From Candidatus Zhuqueibacterota bacterium (GTDB lineage: Bacteria; Zhuqueibacterota; Zhuqueibacteria; Thermofontimicrobiales; Thermofontimicrobiaceae): a stretch of DNA of 62,346 nt. The notes beneath the pieces are model-generated. The model was given only the letters and a program-made list of their open reading frames with translations, had not been told where the DNA came from and ran no database searches. The DNA lies in contig JADHVV010000004.1 in the NCBI GenBank assembly GCA_016783825.1, forward strand, positions 1 to 62,346. The letters are read 5' to 3'. Shown piece after piece: positions 47,961 through 58,621 of this stretch; the stretch's first letter is position 1; each line of letters starts with the position of its first letter. Position numbers and translations under genes: made by a program.

Positions 47961-49418
47961 ATGGTAAAGGAAAAGGAAGCTTTAATTGCAAACATATTAA
48001 AGACTATTGATTCCATTGCAGTTATTATTTCCTTTATATTAGCATATTTTTTAGATTATTATTTTCGGTCGATCACAAATTTTAATGAAATGGCTTATGC
48101 GCTTGCTCCAACTTATGATGGACTAATATATTTTTCAGAGAAAAATATTGCGCTGACCATTTCGATAATTCCCATGTGGTTGATAATATTAAATCTATCC
48201 GGAGCGTATAAAGATTTCAGAACACGTGCGTTTTATAAGGATTTGGCAATAATCATAAAAGCAGGATTATTATCCGTTATTGTGCTTGGCAGTATTGTTT
48301 TTATAACGAAATTACAATTCACGAGCCGGCTTTATATTGGGATTTTTACGTTAACGACTGCCTTATGTTTAATGATAGAAAAACGTGTGATGACATTTTT
48401 GTTAGATTATATGCACGAACATGGTTTTAATCAAATTAACATATTAGTTGTAGGAACAGGAAAAAGAGCACAAAATTTCATTAGGGTTCTTAAAGAACAT
48501 TCAAATTGGGGATTGCGGATAGTTGGACTGATTGATGACGAACACGAGATGTATGGTAAAGAAATTGAAGGGTACCGGGTTTTGGGTCGTATTCAGGATA
48601 TCCCTTTTATTCTACACCGCAAAGTGATAGACAGGGTTATTTTTGTTGTGCCAAGATTATGGTTACATCGATTGGATGATGTGATTTTAGCATGCGAACG
48701 CGAAGGAATTTCAACTTCAGTTTCTATGGATTTATTCGATTTGAGAATCGCAGAAATGCGTCAAACAAATTTTAGCGGGATTCCTTTACTCGAAATTGAA
48801 ACGATACGCGCTAAAGAGTGGCAATTACTTTTTAAGAGAACGGCTGATATTATTTTATCGCTATTTTTTATGATAATATTGTCACCAATAATTCTTGCTA
48901 CTGCGCTCGCTATCAAGATAGAATCAAAGGGGGCTATTCTGTTCAATCAGACCAGGTCAGGAGTCAATGGACGGAAATTTAAGTTATACAAATTTCGGTC
49001 GATGATCGTCGGCGCTGAAATGAAAAAGAAGCATATCGAAAAGATGAATGAGATGGATGGACCTGTTTTTAAGATAAAGCACGATCCCAGGATAACAAAA
49101 ATCGGTCGTTTTATCCGAAAGTTTAGTATAGACGAGCTCCCGCAATTGCTGAATGTATTAAAGGGAGACATGAGCATCGTTGGTCCGCGCCCGCCTCTTC
49201 CTGTTGAAGTTCAAATGTATGAACACTGGCAAAGAAGAAGATTGAGCTTAAAACCAGGACTTACCTGTATTTGGCAGGTCAGTGGCAGGAATAATATTAA
49301 TTTTGAGAGATGGATGGAAATGGACCTGGAATATATTGATAATTGGTCACTATGGATGGATTTTAAATTAATATTTAGAACTGTTTTTGTTGTGCTATTT
49401 GGCTATGGCGCCAGTTAA
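47961..49418 (+). CDS. Exopolysaccharide-initiating polyprenyl-phosphate sugar phosphotransferase (WbaP/EpsL-like)
   Basis: Four to five N-terminal TM helices, a central Rossmann-like domain (ILVVGTGKRA), and the C-terminal catalytic domain KFRSM...DELPQLLNVLKGDMSIVGPRP. Confidence 0.9.
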   Translation: MVKEKEALIANILKTIDSIAVIISFILAYFLDYYFRSITNFNEMAYALAPTYDGLIYFSEKNIALTISIIPMWLIILNLSGAYKDFRTRAFYKDLAIIIKAGLLSVIVLGSIVFITKLQFTSRLYIGIFTLTTALCLMIEKRVMTFLLDYMHEHGFNQINILVVGTGKRAQNFIRVLKEHSNWGLRIVGLIDDEHEMYGKEIEGYRVLGRIQDIPFILHRKVIDRVIFVVPRLWLHRLDDVILACEREGISTSVSMDLFDLRIAEMRQTNFSGIPLLEIETIRAKEWQLLFKRTADIILSLFFMIILSPIILATALAIKIESKGAILFNQTRSGVNGRKFKLYKFRSMIVGAEMKKKHIEKMNEMDGPVFKIKHDPRITKIGRFIRKFSIDELPQLLNVLKGDMSIVGPRPPLPVEVQMYEHWQRRRLSLKPGLTCIWQVSGRNNINFERWMEMDLEYIDNWSLWMDFKLIFRTVFVVLFGYGAS

Positions 49419-49487
49419 CTAATCAAATAAGATAATATTTCACCTGTTCATTGTTTGGAAGTCAATGACATTAAGATAAGCGAAATG

Positions 49488-49543
49488 TGGCAGTAGCAGT
49501 AGCAGTTAAGCCTTTACCTGCTACTGCCACTGCAACTGCTACT
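49488..49543. repeat. Word-hairpin (GCAGTAGCAG words)
   Basis: GTGGCAGTAGCAGTAGCAG pairs with CTGCTACTGCCACTGCAACTGCTAC. Confidence 0.85.
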
Positions 49544-49704
49544 TTTTCAGGTTCAACATCTTAACTTAATAACATTAGTTTGGAAGTAATAATAATCAAA
49601 ATGACCCCGGCATTTATTCTTTATTACTCTCCTCCCTATTATGGTTCCAATTTTATACTAAATTTTTAATTCCAACATGTTTCGTTTTGAAGGATATTTA
49701 CATC

Positions 49705-50901
49705 ATGAATATATTAATGATAGCGCCACAACCTTTTTTTACACCGCGGGGAACACCACTCAGTGTGCTTCATCGAATAAACACGCTTTCGAAATTGGGG
49801 CATCACATTGACCTTGTCACATATCATATTGGCAAAACGATTCCTTTTGAGAATGTGAATTATTATCGAATTCCCAAAATACCGTTCATTAAAAAGATCA
49901 GTGTTGGTCCATCAAAGAGGAAAATAATTATAGATTATTTTGTTTTTGTGAAGTCAATAAAATTATTAGTGAAGAATAAATACGATGTGGTGCATACTCA
50001 TGAGGAGGCAGGATTTTTTGGTTATTGGCTGGCAAAAATTTTTAATACAATGCATCTTTACGATATGCACTCTTCATTGCCTCAACAGTTGACGAATTTT
50101 AAGTTCACAAAGTTAAAAATACTCATTAAATTATTTGAAGGTCTTGAAAAAAGAACAATTGAAAACTCTGCCGCATTGATCACAATTTGCCCGGAATTGT
50201 ATAATTATGTAGAGCAAAACTACCCGGAAATAAAACAATGGTTGATAGAAAATGTGGCAGATAATAGCACGGTTTTTGGCGAACCTGAAATAGATGAGAA
50301 AGAATTTAAAAATAAATACCGGCTGAATTCAAATACAATTATTTTGTATGCCGGCACCTTTGAACCATACCAGGGTCTTGATCTGCTAATCGAAGCGAGT
50401 AAAGATGTAGTTAAAAACAAAAAAGATGTTACCTTCCTGATGGTTGGTGGGAATCCTGACCAGGTAGCCCATTACCGCAGCTTAGTTGAGAATAATAATT
50501 TATCCGATAATTTCGTTTTTTCCGGTCAGGTTGCTCCGGAATTGGTGCCGCGCTTTGTTGAACTGGCAGATGTTTTAGTAACGCCCCGAATTGAAGGCAA
50601 CAACACACCACTAAAAATTTATTCATACCTCCGATCCGGTAAACCAATCGTAGCGACAAATCACATGACACATACCCAGGTTTTGGATGAAAGTGTTGCA
50701 GTTCTCACTGAATGTGATGCGTTATCTTTCTCTAAAGGCTTGATCAATATTCTAAATGATAATAAGTTGAAACAGTCAATTGTTGCTAATGCGAAAAATT
50801 TGGCAAAAGAAAAATACAGCTACCAGGCGTATGTAAAAAAAACGCAAGACATATATGAATATTTAGAGCAAGTAAAAATTTCCACCGGGGAGAAGCAATA
50901 G
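49705..50901 (+). CDS. Glycosyltransferase family 4 (GT-B fold)
   Basis: MNILMIAPQPFFTPRGTP, HTHEEAGFFG, and the EX7E-type C-terminal region TPRIEGNNTPLKIYSYLRSGKPIVATN. Confidence 0.85.
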   Translation: MNILMIAPQPFFTPRGTPLSVLHRINTLSKLGHHIDLVTYHIGKTIPFENVNYYRIPKIPFIKKISVGPSKRKIIIDYFVFVKSIKLLVKNKYDVVHTHEEAGFFGYWLAKIFNTMHLYDMHSSLPQQLTNFKFTKLKILIKLFEGLEKRTIENSAALITICPELYNYVEQNYPEIKQWLIENVADNSTVFGEPEIDEKEFKNKYRLNSNTIILYAGTFEPYQGLDLLIEASKDVVKNKKDVTFLMVGGNPDQVAHYRSLVENNNLSDNFVFSGQVAPELVPRFVELADVLVTPRIEGNNTPLKIYSYLRSGKPIVATNHMTHTQVLDESVAVLTECDALSFSKGLINILNDNKLKQSIVANAKNLAKEKYSYQAYVKKTQDIYEYLEQVKISTGEKQ

Positions 50902-52788
50902 ATGTGTGGCATTTGCGGTTTAATGAACAGCAATTTTGAGCAAGCAGTTGAACAGCCAGTGATCAAAAAAATGTGCGATGTGATCTACCATCGTGGTCCC
51001 GACGATGATGGAATTTATGTACAGGGAAATGTTGGCATTGGAATGAGAAGGCTGAGCATCATCGATTTGGTGACGGGAAAACAGCCGATCTCTAATGAAG
51101 ATAAGTCTGTTTGGATTGTTTTTAATGGGGAAATTTACAACCACAAAGATATTCGTACAGAACTCCAAGCCCGCGGGCACATTTTCAAAACCAACACGGA
51201 TACGGAAACAATTGTTCATTCTTATGAAGAATATGGCAGGGATTGCGTTCAAAAGTTGAACGGCATGTTTGCTTTTGCAATTTGGGATAACCGCAAAAAA
51301 GAGTTGTTTCTTGCCAGGGATCGTATTGGCATAAAACCGCTTTACTATTTTTTTGATAATAAGAAATTTGTTTTTGGCTCGGAACTGAAATCAATATTGC
51401 AGGTTAAAGACATTCCAAAGCGTATTGATCTGACCGCGCTTGATAATTTTTTGACATTTGAATATATCCCAGCGCCACTGAGCATTTTTCAGGATATAAA
51501 AAAATTGCCGCCAGGGCATACGCTGGTTCTTAAAAATAATAATATCAATATTAAGCAGTACTGGGACCTGCAAGTAAAAACGAATGGTTTTGATGAGTCT
51601 TTATCCAGGCAAAATCTAATGGAACTGCTGCAGGATGCCGTAAAAATAAGGCTCATGAGCGACGTGCCACTTGGTGCATTTTTAAGCGGCGGTGTCGATT
51701 CCAGTACAATTGTCGCGTTAATGTCCCGGGTGATGGATCAACCAGTAAAGACTTTTTCCATCGGTTTTGAAGACCAGACCTATAACGAGTTGAATTATGC
51801 CAGGATGATCGCCAAAAAATTCAATACGGAGCATCACGAATTTATCATTCAACCCAATGCTGTGGAATTAGCGGATAATTTGCTTCAATTTCTTGATGAA
51901 CCGTTTGGAGATTTTTCAATTTTCCCAACCTATCTTGTTTCAAAAATGGCGCGGGAATATGTAACTGTTGTCCTCTCCGGGGATGGAGGAGATGAATTGT
52001 TTGCCGGTTATGATACCTATATTGCTGATCAAATGGCAAATCACTTCACAAAAATTCCGGGCTGGTTCCGAAATGGATTTGTCTCCCGGATTTTGGAAGC
52101 AATTCCGCCATCACCAAAAAAGAAAGGGCTGATTAACAGGGCGAAACGTTTCGTCGAAGGAATGAGATTGCCTGAGGATTTGCACCACACCCGGTGGATG
52201 ATATTTTTGCAGCAAATGGAAAGAGGCTTGCTTTTTACGGATGATATGAAAAGCGGCATGATTGAAAAAGATTCTTACAAATTTATTCGTAACTATTTCA
52301 ATAATGTGATCCCCCAGTCGGATGATGATATTAATCAACAAATGTATGTGGATGTTAAAACCTATTTGGTTGACAATATTTTAGTAAAAGTCGACAGAAT
52401 GAGTATGGCGACTTCACTTGAGGCAAGAGTTCCTTTGTTAGACCATCGGTTTGTTGAATTTGCTGCAACTGTACCGGGTAGTGCAAAGCTTCAGGGTAAA
52501 AAATCAAAAGCCATTTTGAAGCAGTCCATGGAAGAGTTGCTGCCAAAAGAAATTTTATACCGGGGAAAAGAGGGATTTAGCATCCCGATTAAAAATTGGA
52601 TAAAAGAAGATTTAAAACCAATGATGATGGATATTCTATCACCGGACAAAATAAAAAGAGAAGGATTTTTTAACGTTGATTTTGTTGAAAGACTTAAAAA
52701 TGAACACCTAAATGGCGCTGAAAACCATAGTCATCGATTGTGGGCATTGATGATTTTTGGTAAATGGTATGATATTTATATGAGTTGA
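50902..52788 (+). CDS. asnB: Asparagine synthase (glutamine-hydrolysing)
   Basis: N-terminal nucleophile MCGICG, RGPDD, and the PP-loop LSGGVDSS. Confidence 0.9.
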   Translation: MCGICGLMNSNFEQAVEQPVIKKMCDVIYHRGPDDDGIYVQGNVGIGMRRLSIIDLVTGKQPISNEDKSVWIVFNGEIYNHKDIRTELQARGHIFKTNTDTETIVHSYEEYGRDCVQKLNGMFAFAIWDNRKKELFLARDRIGIKPLYYFFDNKKFVFGSELKSILQVKDIPKRIDLTALDNFLTFEYIPAPLSIFQDIKKLPPGHTLVLKNNNINIKQYWDLQVKTNGFDESLSRQNLMELLQDAVKIRLMSDVPLGAFLSGGVDSSTIVALMSRVMDQPVKTFSIGFEDQTYNELNYARMIAKKFNTEHHEFIIQPNAVELADNLLQFLDEPFGDFSIFPTYLVSKMAREYVTVVLSGDGGDELFAGYDTYIADQMANHFTKIPGWFRNGFVSRILEAIPPSPKKKGLINRAKRFVEGMRLPEDLHHTRWMIFLQQMERGLLFTDDMKSGMIEKDSYKFIRNYFNNVIPQSDDDINQQMYVDVKTYLVDNILVKVDRMSMATSLEARVPLLDHRFVEFAATVPGSAKLQGKKSKAILKQSMEELLPKEILYRGKEGFSIPIKNWIKEDLKPMMMDILSPDKIKREGFFNVDFVERLKNEHLNGAENHSHRLWALMIFGKWYDIYMS

Positions 52789-52846
52789 AGTTTGTAGTAT
52801 TGTAACAATCATAAAAAAATGATTATTCTATCTATTCCAAGAAATG

Positions 52847-52926
52847 CATGGCGCAGAGAGCGTGGCGCATGGCGGTAAAACTTTCTCTATATGTCATGTC
52901 CATGCGCTATGCTCCATGCGCCATGC
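52847..52926. repeat. Word-hairpin (GCATGGCGCA words)
   Basis: GCATGGCGCAGAGAGCGTGGCGCATGGC pairs with GTCCATGCGCTATGCTCCATGCGCCATGC. Confidence 0.85.
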
Positions 52927-52981
52927 TTTTTTTGATTATAATTTTACTAAGCGAACCAAATATGCATTATATGAGAAACAA

Positions 52982-54661
52982 ATGACAAGAGACCTTAAAA
53001 AATTAAGCAGCGAAAAATATGATGTTGTTGTGATTGGCGCAGGGATTTACGGCGTTGCCACAGCCTGGGACGCAACGTTGAGGGGATTGAAGGTTGCCTT
53101 GATTGATAAAGGTGATTTTGGCAATGCAACTTCTGCAAACAGCCTAAAAACCATTCATGGCGGACTGCGCTATTTGCAGAATTTGGATATCATACGAATG
53201 CGGGAATCCATTCACGAAAGAATGGTATTAATGAATATTGCCCCAAATTTAATATACCCACTGCCCGTACTGATGCCAACATACAGCCATAAATTAAAAA
53301 GCCGCCCCGCATTAGCTGCTGCATTGATCGCAAATGATATTGTTGGGTTTGACAGAAATGGACTTGATGATCCTCATAAATTCATGCCCAGGGGACACAC
53401 TATGTCCTCTAAAAAATTAAAACAGCTAATTCCCGGTTATGATAAATATAATTTGAACGGCGGCGCGCTGTGGTACGATTGCCAATGTTACAACACGGAA
53501 AGGCTGGCGCTATCGTATGTACTTTCTGCAACACAAAAAGGTGCAGATGCGGCGAATTATGTAACAGCAACCGGATTTTTATCGAAAAATCAAAAAGTTT
53601 GTGGGATTAAGGTTAAAGACTCTTTGACTGGAGAAAGTTTTGATATTCAGGGAAAAATGATTGTCAACGATGGCGGTCCCTGGGTGGATAAAATTTTATC
53701 AAATTTGAATGGAAAAGTACCTGCCAAAAAGTTCAGCCTTTCAAGCGCTTTAAATCTCATAGTAGATCGGGATATCATGGGTGAATATGCTGCCGGATTA
53801 TCCGGGCCGTTCAAGCATACTTTTGCTGATGGAAGCGAATACAACGCTTTCCGCATTTTATTTTTTGCACCATGGCGGGGAAAAACAATTATTGGCACAA
53901 ACCATCTTCCTTATGATGGTGATTTGAATGAGTATAAAGTTACTGAAAAAGAGATACAAAGCTTCCTCGCCGATGTCAACCAGGCACACCCGGCAGCAAA
54001 TATTAAAAGAGATGAAGTGTCTTATTTTTATGGCGGCTTTTTGCCCACGACCGGGTTAAATCCCAAAACCGGTGAAGTCCAACTCGTGCGGCATTACCAA
54101 CTCCATGATCATAGTGTTGAAGACCAGGTAAATGGATTGATAACAGCAGTTGGCGTAAAATATACCACAGCCAGGGATGTGGCAAAAAAGACGGTTGATT
54201 TGGTTTTTCAAAAAATGGAAAAGAAATCGCCACCATGCCAAACCGAGGAAACGAGGCTTTATGGTGGCGAAATTGAGAAATTTGAAGATTTTTTGAATGA
54301 TAACATAAACAGCAAGCCTTTCGGATTAGATGAAAAAGTGATGAAACATTTAAGTTACAATTATGGTTCGGCATTTCAGGATATTTTAAGTTACGGGAAA
54401 GAAAATAAAGAAGTACTACAGAAAATAACCGGCTCTGAAGAAGTCGTAAAAGCTGAAGTGGTTCATGCAGTTCAACAGGAAATGGCGCTGAAATTATCGG
54501 ATGTCGTTTTAAGGCGAACTGACCTGGGATCCGGAGGCAGCCCGGGAGAGAAAGCATTAGCAGATACTGCACAAGTTATGGGTGTAGAACTCGGTTGGGA
54601 TAAAACGAAGATTAAGCAGGAGATTGCCGAGGTTGAACAGGTTTATATACCGGGATATTAA
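52982..54661 (+). CDS. FAD-dependent oxidoreductase, glycerol-3-phosphate dehydrogenase/oxidase (GlpD)-like
   Basis: YDVVVIGAGIYGVATAWDA...GDFGNATSANSLKTIHGGLRYLQ. The ATG at 52982 precedes the dinucleotide fold. The track ORF start (52844) reads through the upstream hairpin. Confidence 0.8.
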   Translation: MTRDLKKLSSEKYDVVVIGAGIYGVATAWDATLRGLKVALIDKGDFGNATSANSLKTIHGGLRYLQNLDIIRMRESIHERMVLMNIAPNLIYPLPVLMPTYSHKLKSRPALAAALIANDIVGFDRNGLDDPHKFMPRGHTMSSKKLKQLIPGYDKYNLNGGALWYDCQCYNTERLALSYVLSATQKGADAANYVTATGFLSKNQKVCGIKVKDSLTGESFDIQGKMIVNDGGPWVDKILSNLNGKVPAKKFSLSSALNLIVDRDIMGEYAAGLSGPFKHTFADGSEYNAFRILFFAPWRGKTIIGTNHLPYDGDLNEYKVTEKEIQSFLADVNQAHPAANIKRDEVSYFYGGFLPTTGLNPKTGEVQLVRHYQLHDHSVEDQVNGLITAVGVKYTTARDVAKKTVDLVFQKMEKKSPPCQTEETRLYGGEIEKFEDFLNDNINSKPFGLDEKVMKHLSYNYGSAFQDILSYGKENKEVLQKITGSEEVVKAEVVHAVQQEMALKLSDVVLRRTDLGSGGSPGEKALADTAQVMGVELGWDKTKIKQEIAEVEQVYIPGY

Positions 54662-54673
54662 ATATAAAAATTC

Positions 54674-54945
54674 GGAGTGCATCGCCTTTACAAACTGTTC
54701 ATGAACTGGAGAGTTTCATTTAAATTTTCGGGCTAAAGCCCGAATTTTCTAGAGCCAATAGAATCCCCACCATAAATGGCGGGGTTAGTCAATTGATATT
54801 ATTACAAATATCCATCATGACTAACCCCACCCTTCAGGGCGGGGGGTGAGGAAAAGCCTCCACCAGTGGGCTTTAGCCCAAAATATTAAGTTCTTGGACA
54901 CCCTGTTTATGTGATGCACGCAATCCATAAAGGGATTACACTCCA
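54674..54945. repeat. Nested palindrome (about 270 bp)
   Basis: The inverted pairs are GGAGTGCATCGC/GTGATGCACGC..TACACTCC, CGGGCTAAAGCCCG/GGGCTTTAGCCC and CCCCACCATAAATGGCGGGGTTAGTCA/TGACTAACCCCACCCTTCAGGGCGGGG. Confidence 0.8.
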
Positions 54946-55082
54946 AACCTTGTTAGTGATATGTTAGCTGAACAGAAGGCCAAATCATTAAATTTTTTCC
55001 TTGTGTTCTCTGCCTGTGCCCGAAGGGTATGCTTTCTGCGGTGAATAAATAAGAAATTAAAAGCAATTATGGGAAATATTGA

Positions 55083-56069
55083 ATGAGTAAAAAAGTATTA
55101 GTAACCGGCGCCACTGGTTTTACCGGCGGACATCTTGCTGAAGAATTGGTGAATAAAGGATACAAAGTGCGGGCTTTATCTTTGCCTGGACAGGATATGG
55201 ATAAGTTAAAATCACTCGGCGTCGATATTGTTGTCGGAGATTTGACAAAAAAAGAGACTTTGAAAAAAGCAGTTGAGGACGCCGAAATTGTATTTCACAT
55301 AGCAGCCGTTTACAGGGAGCAAAACGTCCCCCACCAGTTGTTTTTTGATGTGAATGTGGGAGGAACAAAAAACTTGTTAGAGATGTCGCTGGATGCTGGT
55401 GTTAAACGATTTGTACATTGCAGCACAGTTGGCGTTCAGGGCGAAATTAAAAATCCGCCGGCGCCGGAAACAGCTCCTTATAATGCAGGTGATTATTATC
55501 AGCAGTCAAAAATTGAGGGCGAACAGTTAGCGCTCAAATTTTTCAAAGAGAACGATATCGAAGGTGTCGTATTTCGACCAGTGGGCATTTATGGTCCGGG
55601 CGACACCCGCTTTTTGAAAATATTTAAATTTGTCAAAAACGGTAAATTTCGCATGATTGGCAGTGGAGATGTCCTTTACCATCTAACGTATGTCAAAGAC
55701 CTGGTGCAAGGGATAATTTTGTGTGGTGAGAAAAAGGATGCCGTGGGAGAAGTCATTACCCTTGGCGGAAACGAATATGTTACCTTGAACGAATACATAA
55801 AAATTTTAGCAGAAGCAGTGGACGTCCCTGTTCCGAAAAAAAAGGTGCCTTTATTCCCTGTTTGGGTTGCTGCTGTTTTGTGCGAAGCAGCTTGTTATCC
55901 TTTCAGAATTAGTCCGCCAATTTACCGCAGACGGTTGGACTTTTTTACCAAAGACCGCGCGTTCGATATTTCAAAAGCTAAGAAGTTACTCGGCTATCAA
56001 CCAAAAGTTTCTTTAAAAGAAGGGTTGAAAATTACTGCTGATTGGTATAAAGAGAATAATTTGTTTTAA
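55083..56069 (+). CDS. NAD(P)-dependent epimerase/dehydratase-family SDR
   Basis: VLVTGATGFTGGHL and the active-site YQQSK. Confidence 0.85.
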   Translation: MSKKVLVTGATGFTGGHLAEELVNKGYKVRALSLPGQDMDKLKSLGVDIVVGDLTKKETLKKAVEDAEIVFHIAAVYREQNVPHQLFFDVNVGGTKNLLEMSLDAGVKRFVHCSTVGVQGEIKNPPAPETAPYNAGDYYQQSKIEGEQLALKFFKENDIEGVVFRPVGIYGPGDTRFLKIFKFVKNGKFRMIGSGDVLYHLTYVKDLVQGIILCGEKKDAVGEVITLGGNEYVTLNEYIKILAEAVDVPVPKKKVPLFPVWVAAVLCEAACYPFRISPPIYRRRLDFFTKDRAFDISKAKKLLGYQPKVSLKEGLKITADWYKENNLF

Positions 56070-56139
56070 GTTTGTATGAATGAACTGGGATTTTGATAAG
56101 TAGCAATGATTGTTTAGTTAAATATAAGTCTTGCAACAT

Positions 56140-56210
56140 GGTAAGGTCAAGGTCGAGATCAAGGTCAAGAAAGAACAAGTTTTTCTTGACCTTGATCTCG
56201 ACCTTGATAC
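56140..56210. repeat. Word-hairpin (AAGGTCAAGGTCGAG words)
   Basis: GGTAAGGTCAAGGTCGAGATCAAGGTCAAGAAA pairs with TTTCTTGACCTTGATCTCGACCTTGATAC. Confidence 0.9.
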
Positions 56211-56288
56211 TAAATTTCACAGTTGTTATTAAATCAATTAAATTTTTAACTTGTGTCTTCGTGGCAAAAAAATATAAATGAGAATCCT

Positions 56289-58103
56289 ATGTCAAAATCA
56301 ACGATAGATAATGTAAAAACCATGGTCGGGGCGCCGCCACCGTCAAAAAAAAGAAGCATGAAAAACTTGGTGCTCACGGCTATCAAAGCAATCATTAGCG
56401 CCGCGCTCATCTACTATATTTTGAACAAGACAAATCTATCCGAAATCTGGGTGTCGGTGAAGGCAGCAGATCCCTGGATTTTATTGCTCTCCTTTTCATT
56501 ACACGCAGTGGGATATTATGCCAGCGCCTACCGCTGGCGAGTGTTAGCACTGGCTCAGAAAATGGACATGCCGGTTTCATATTTAGTGAAGTCTTATGCT
56601 GTGGCTATGTTCTTTAATAATATTTTGCCAACAACCATTGGCGGCGATGCCGTCAGGGCGTATGATTCCTGGCGAAAAGGATTTCCCAAATTAAAGTCGA
56701 TTGCCACGGTGGGAGTTGAGCGATTTATTGGTTTATTTGCCTTAGTCGTTTTTGCCGTAATCGCGGTCGCATTAACAGGAGAAATAAACAGCCGCGTGCC
56801 ATATCTTTGGCTGTGGGTCACAATAACTTTTTTGCTGATGTGGTTTGTTTTACAGGGTATATTTCTTCAGCAAGGTAAAGCCAAAGTACTGGCAAAAATA
56901 TTTTCACTGCCAGGCTTCAGTATTTTTGGAAAAATTGTCAAAAAATTTTCCGATGCCTTTGTCAATTTCAGGGGTAAAAATAAAGAATTAGCTATCTCGA
57001 TAGCGCTTTCCTTGCTCCTGCAAATAAATGTAATTTTTCATTATTATTTAATTTCAGAAGCGCTGGGGCTCGAAGTGCCATTTATTAAATTTTGGGTGAT
57101 CATTCCCATCGCGTTATTTGTGCAGATGATCCCTGTCTCAATAAATGGCATTGGCATTCGGGAAAATCTTTATGTTTTCTTTTTAGGGCTTTATGGCGCT
57201 TCTGTGGCATCATCGATTGCTTTTTCATGGATTGCTTATGGTATGATTTTACTACTGGGACTATTTGGGGGAATTCTTTATATTTTTAGAAAAGAGGAAA
57301 AGGTTGATTTAAAAAGTTTAGAGGAGAAAGAAATGTCGGAAAGTGAAACAACAAAAACACGGGACGAAATATTAGATACGCAGAAAGAACTATTTGACAA
57401 GAAGAAGTCTTCCATGCAAAAATACCAGGAATTAATTCTTGGTCAAAAAGGATTGTGGAAGTTGATAAAATATGAATTTGTTATGACATTTACCAATTGG
57501 CTTCCAGGCGCTTTGGGCTTATTGCTGCGAAGTAAATTATATCCAATGATTTTCGGCAGCGTGGGAAGGAATGTTGCATTCGGCACAAATATTGCAATCC
57601 GACACCCCCATAAGATTCACATTGGCGACAATGTTGTCATCGACGATCATTGTGTTTTGGATGCAAAAGGAGAAGGCAACAAGGGACTCACAATTGGCAA
57701 CGGCGTATTTGTCGGAAGAAATACAATCCTCACCTGCCATGACGGCGACATCGTTTTAGAAGATAATGTTAATATCGGTTTCAATTGTGTTATTTCTTCT
57801 TTGGGCTCAATTGTTATTAAAGAAAATCATTTGATGGCAGCCTTTTGTTATCTTGTTGGCGGCGATCATGTAGCTGACCGGACTGATGTGCCGATTTTAA
57901 ACCAGGGAAGAACAGCTAAGGGTATCATGATTGAAGAAAATATTTGGCTCGGCGCCGGGGTTGCTGTTTTGGATGGTTCGACTATCGGCAGAGATTCCAT
58001 CGTTGGCGCCCATGCCGTGGTGAATGGAGAAATCAATCCCTATTCGATTGCAGTTGGCGCACCAGCCAAGACTATTCGTGATCGTAGAGATGGGGATAAA
58101 TGA
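56289..58103 (+). CDS. Fusion protein: flippase-like (lysylphosphatidylglycerol-synthase TM region/UPF0104-type) membrane domain plus C-terminal left-handed beta-helix (hexapeptide) acyltransferase
   Basis: N-terminal roughly 340 aa with about 8 TM helices (NNILPTTIGGDAVRAYD motif). After an acidic linker come hexapeptide repeats IGDNVVIDDHCVL, IGNGVFVGRNTIL and WLGAGVAVLDGSTIGRDSIVGAHAVV. Start uncertain (56253 or 56289). Confidence 0.75.
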   Translation: MSKSTIDNVKTMVGAPPPSKKRSMKNLVLTAIKAIISAALIYYILNKTNLSEIWVSVKAADPWILLLSFSLHAVGYYASAYRWRVLALAQKMDMPVSYLVKSYAVAMFFNNILPTTIGGDAVRAYDSWRKGFPKLKSIATVGVERFIGLFALVVFAVIAVALTGEINSRVPYLWLWVTITFLLMWFVLQGIFLQQGKAKVLAKIFSLPGFSIFGKIVKKFSDAFVNFRGKNKELAISIALSLLLQINVIFHYYLISEALGLEVPFIKFWVIIPIALFVQMIPVSINGIGIRENLYVFFLGLYGASVASSIAFSWIAYGMILLLGLFGGILYIFRKEEKVDLKSLEEKEMSESETTKTRDEILDTQKELFDKKKSSMQKYQELILGQKGLWKLIKYEFVMTFTNWLPGALGLLLRSKLYPMIFGSVGRNVAFGTNIAIRHPHKIHIGDNVVIDDHCVLDAKGEGNKGLTIGNGVFVGRNTILTCHDGDIVLEDNVNIGFNCVISSLGSIVIKENHLMAAFCYLVGGDHVADRTDVPILNQGRTAKGIMIEENIWLGAGVAVLDGSTIGRDSIVGAHAVVNGEINPYSIAVGAPAKTIRDRRDGDK

Positions 58104-58307
58104 GATTTGTAAACGTGCACCAAGATATCAGTTAGGATAAGACCAAAAAATTCCAACGGATGAGCGGCCAACGGATATGGATTAAAGTTTTTAATAATTC
58201 TAAAGGATTTACTTCATTTGATGTCTGATGGTGTTTTCGTTCATTCACTGCTCATTGGTTTCTAAACAAGGAAATTTCGTAACTGTTCAGTTGTCTGTTG
58301 TATCTAT

Positions 58308-58465
58308 GTCATTCTGAACGAGGGAGATGGGTAGTGATGTTGGGAAGTGAAGCATAGTCTGTATTTCCTTATTTTTTAAATGTGACTATACAGGAATCTC
58401 GTATTATTTTAACAAAAGTTTGAATGTTTGGGAGATTCTTCGGTCGCAAGCTCCCTCAGAATGAC
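58308..58465 (-). repeat. Inverted near-identical copy of the long GTCATTCTGAG element at 5780-5937
   Basis: It reads as the reverse complement of 5780-5937 with a handful of substitutions. Flanks (about 58275-58495) are also shared. The boundary motif ATTCTGGTTTGTCCAGGTTGGG follows at 58511-58532. Confidence 0.9.
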
Positions 58466-58621
58466 TTTAGTAACTACGCTGACTAGTTACGAAATTTCTT
58501 TCACTTTTTAATTCTGGTTTGTCCAGGTTGGGAGATATTCATATAAAAATCTACAATAACCAGTAACTAAAATCCGTTGGGCATAATTATTTGAAAATTA
58601 AAAGAAAAATTTAGGAAATTT

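Noticed and set aside
54003-54572. 189-aa minus-strand ORF
   Set aside because: It is antisense within the GlpD-like CDS, with no motif and no RBS.
56032-56281. Two 62-aa ORFs on opposite strands (RSRSRSRSRK / LDLDLDLDL)
   Set aside because: They are translations of the AAGGTCAAGGTCGAG word-hairpin arms, and their dipeptide repeats mirror the DNA repeat.
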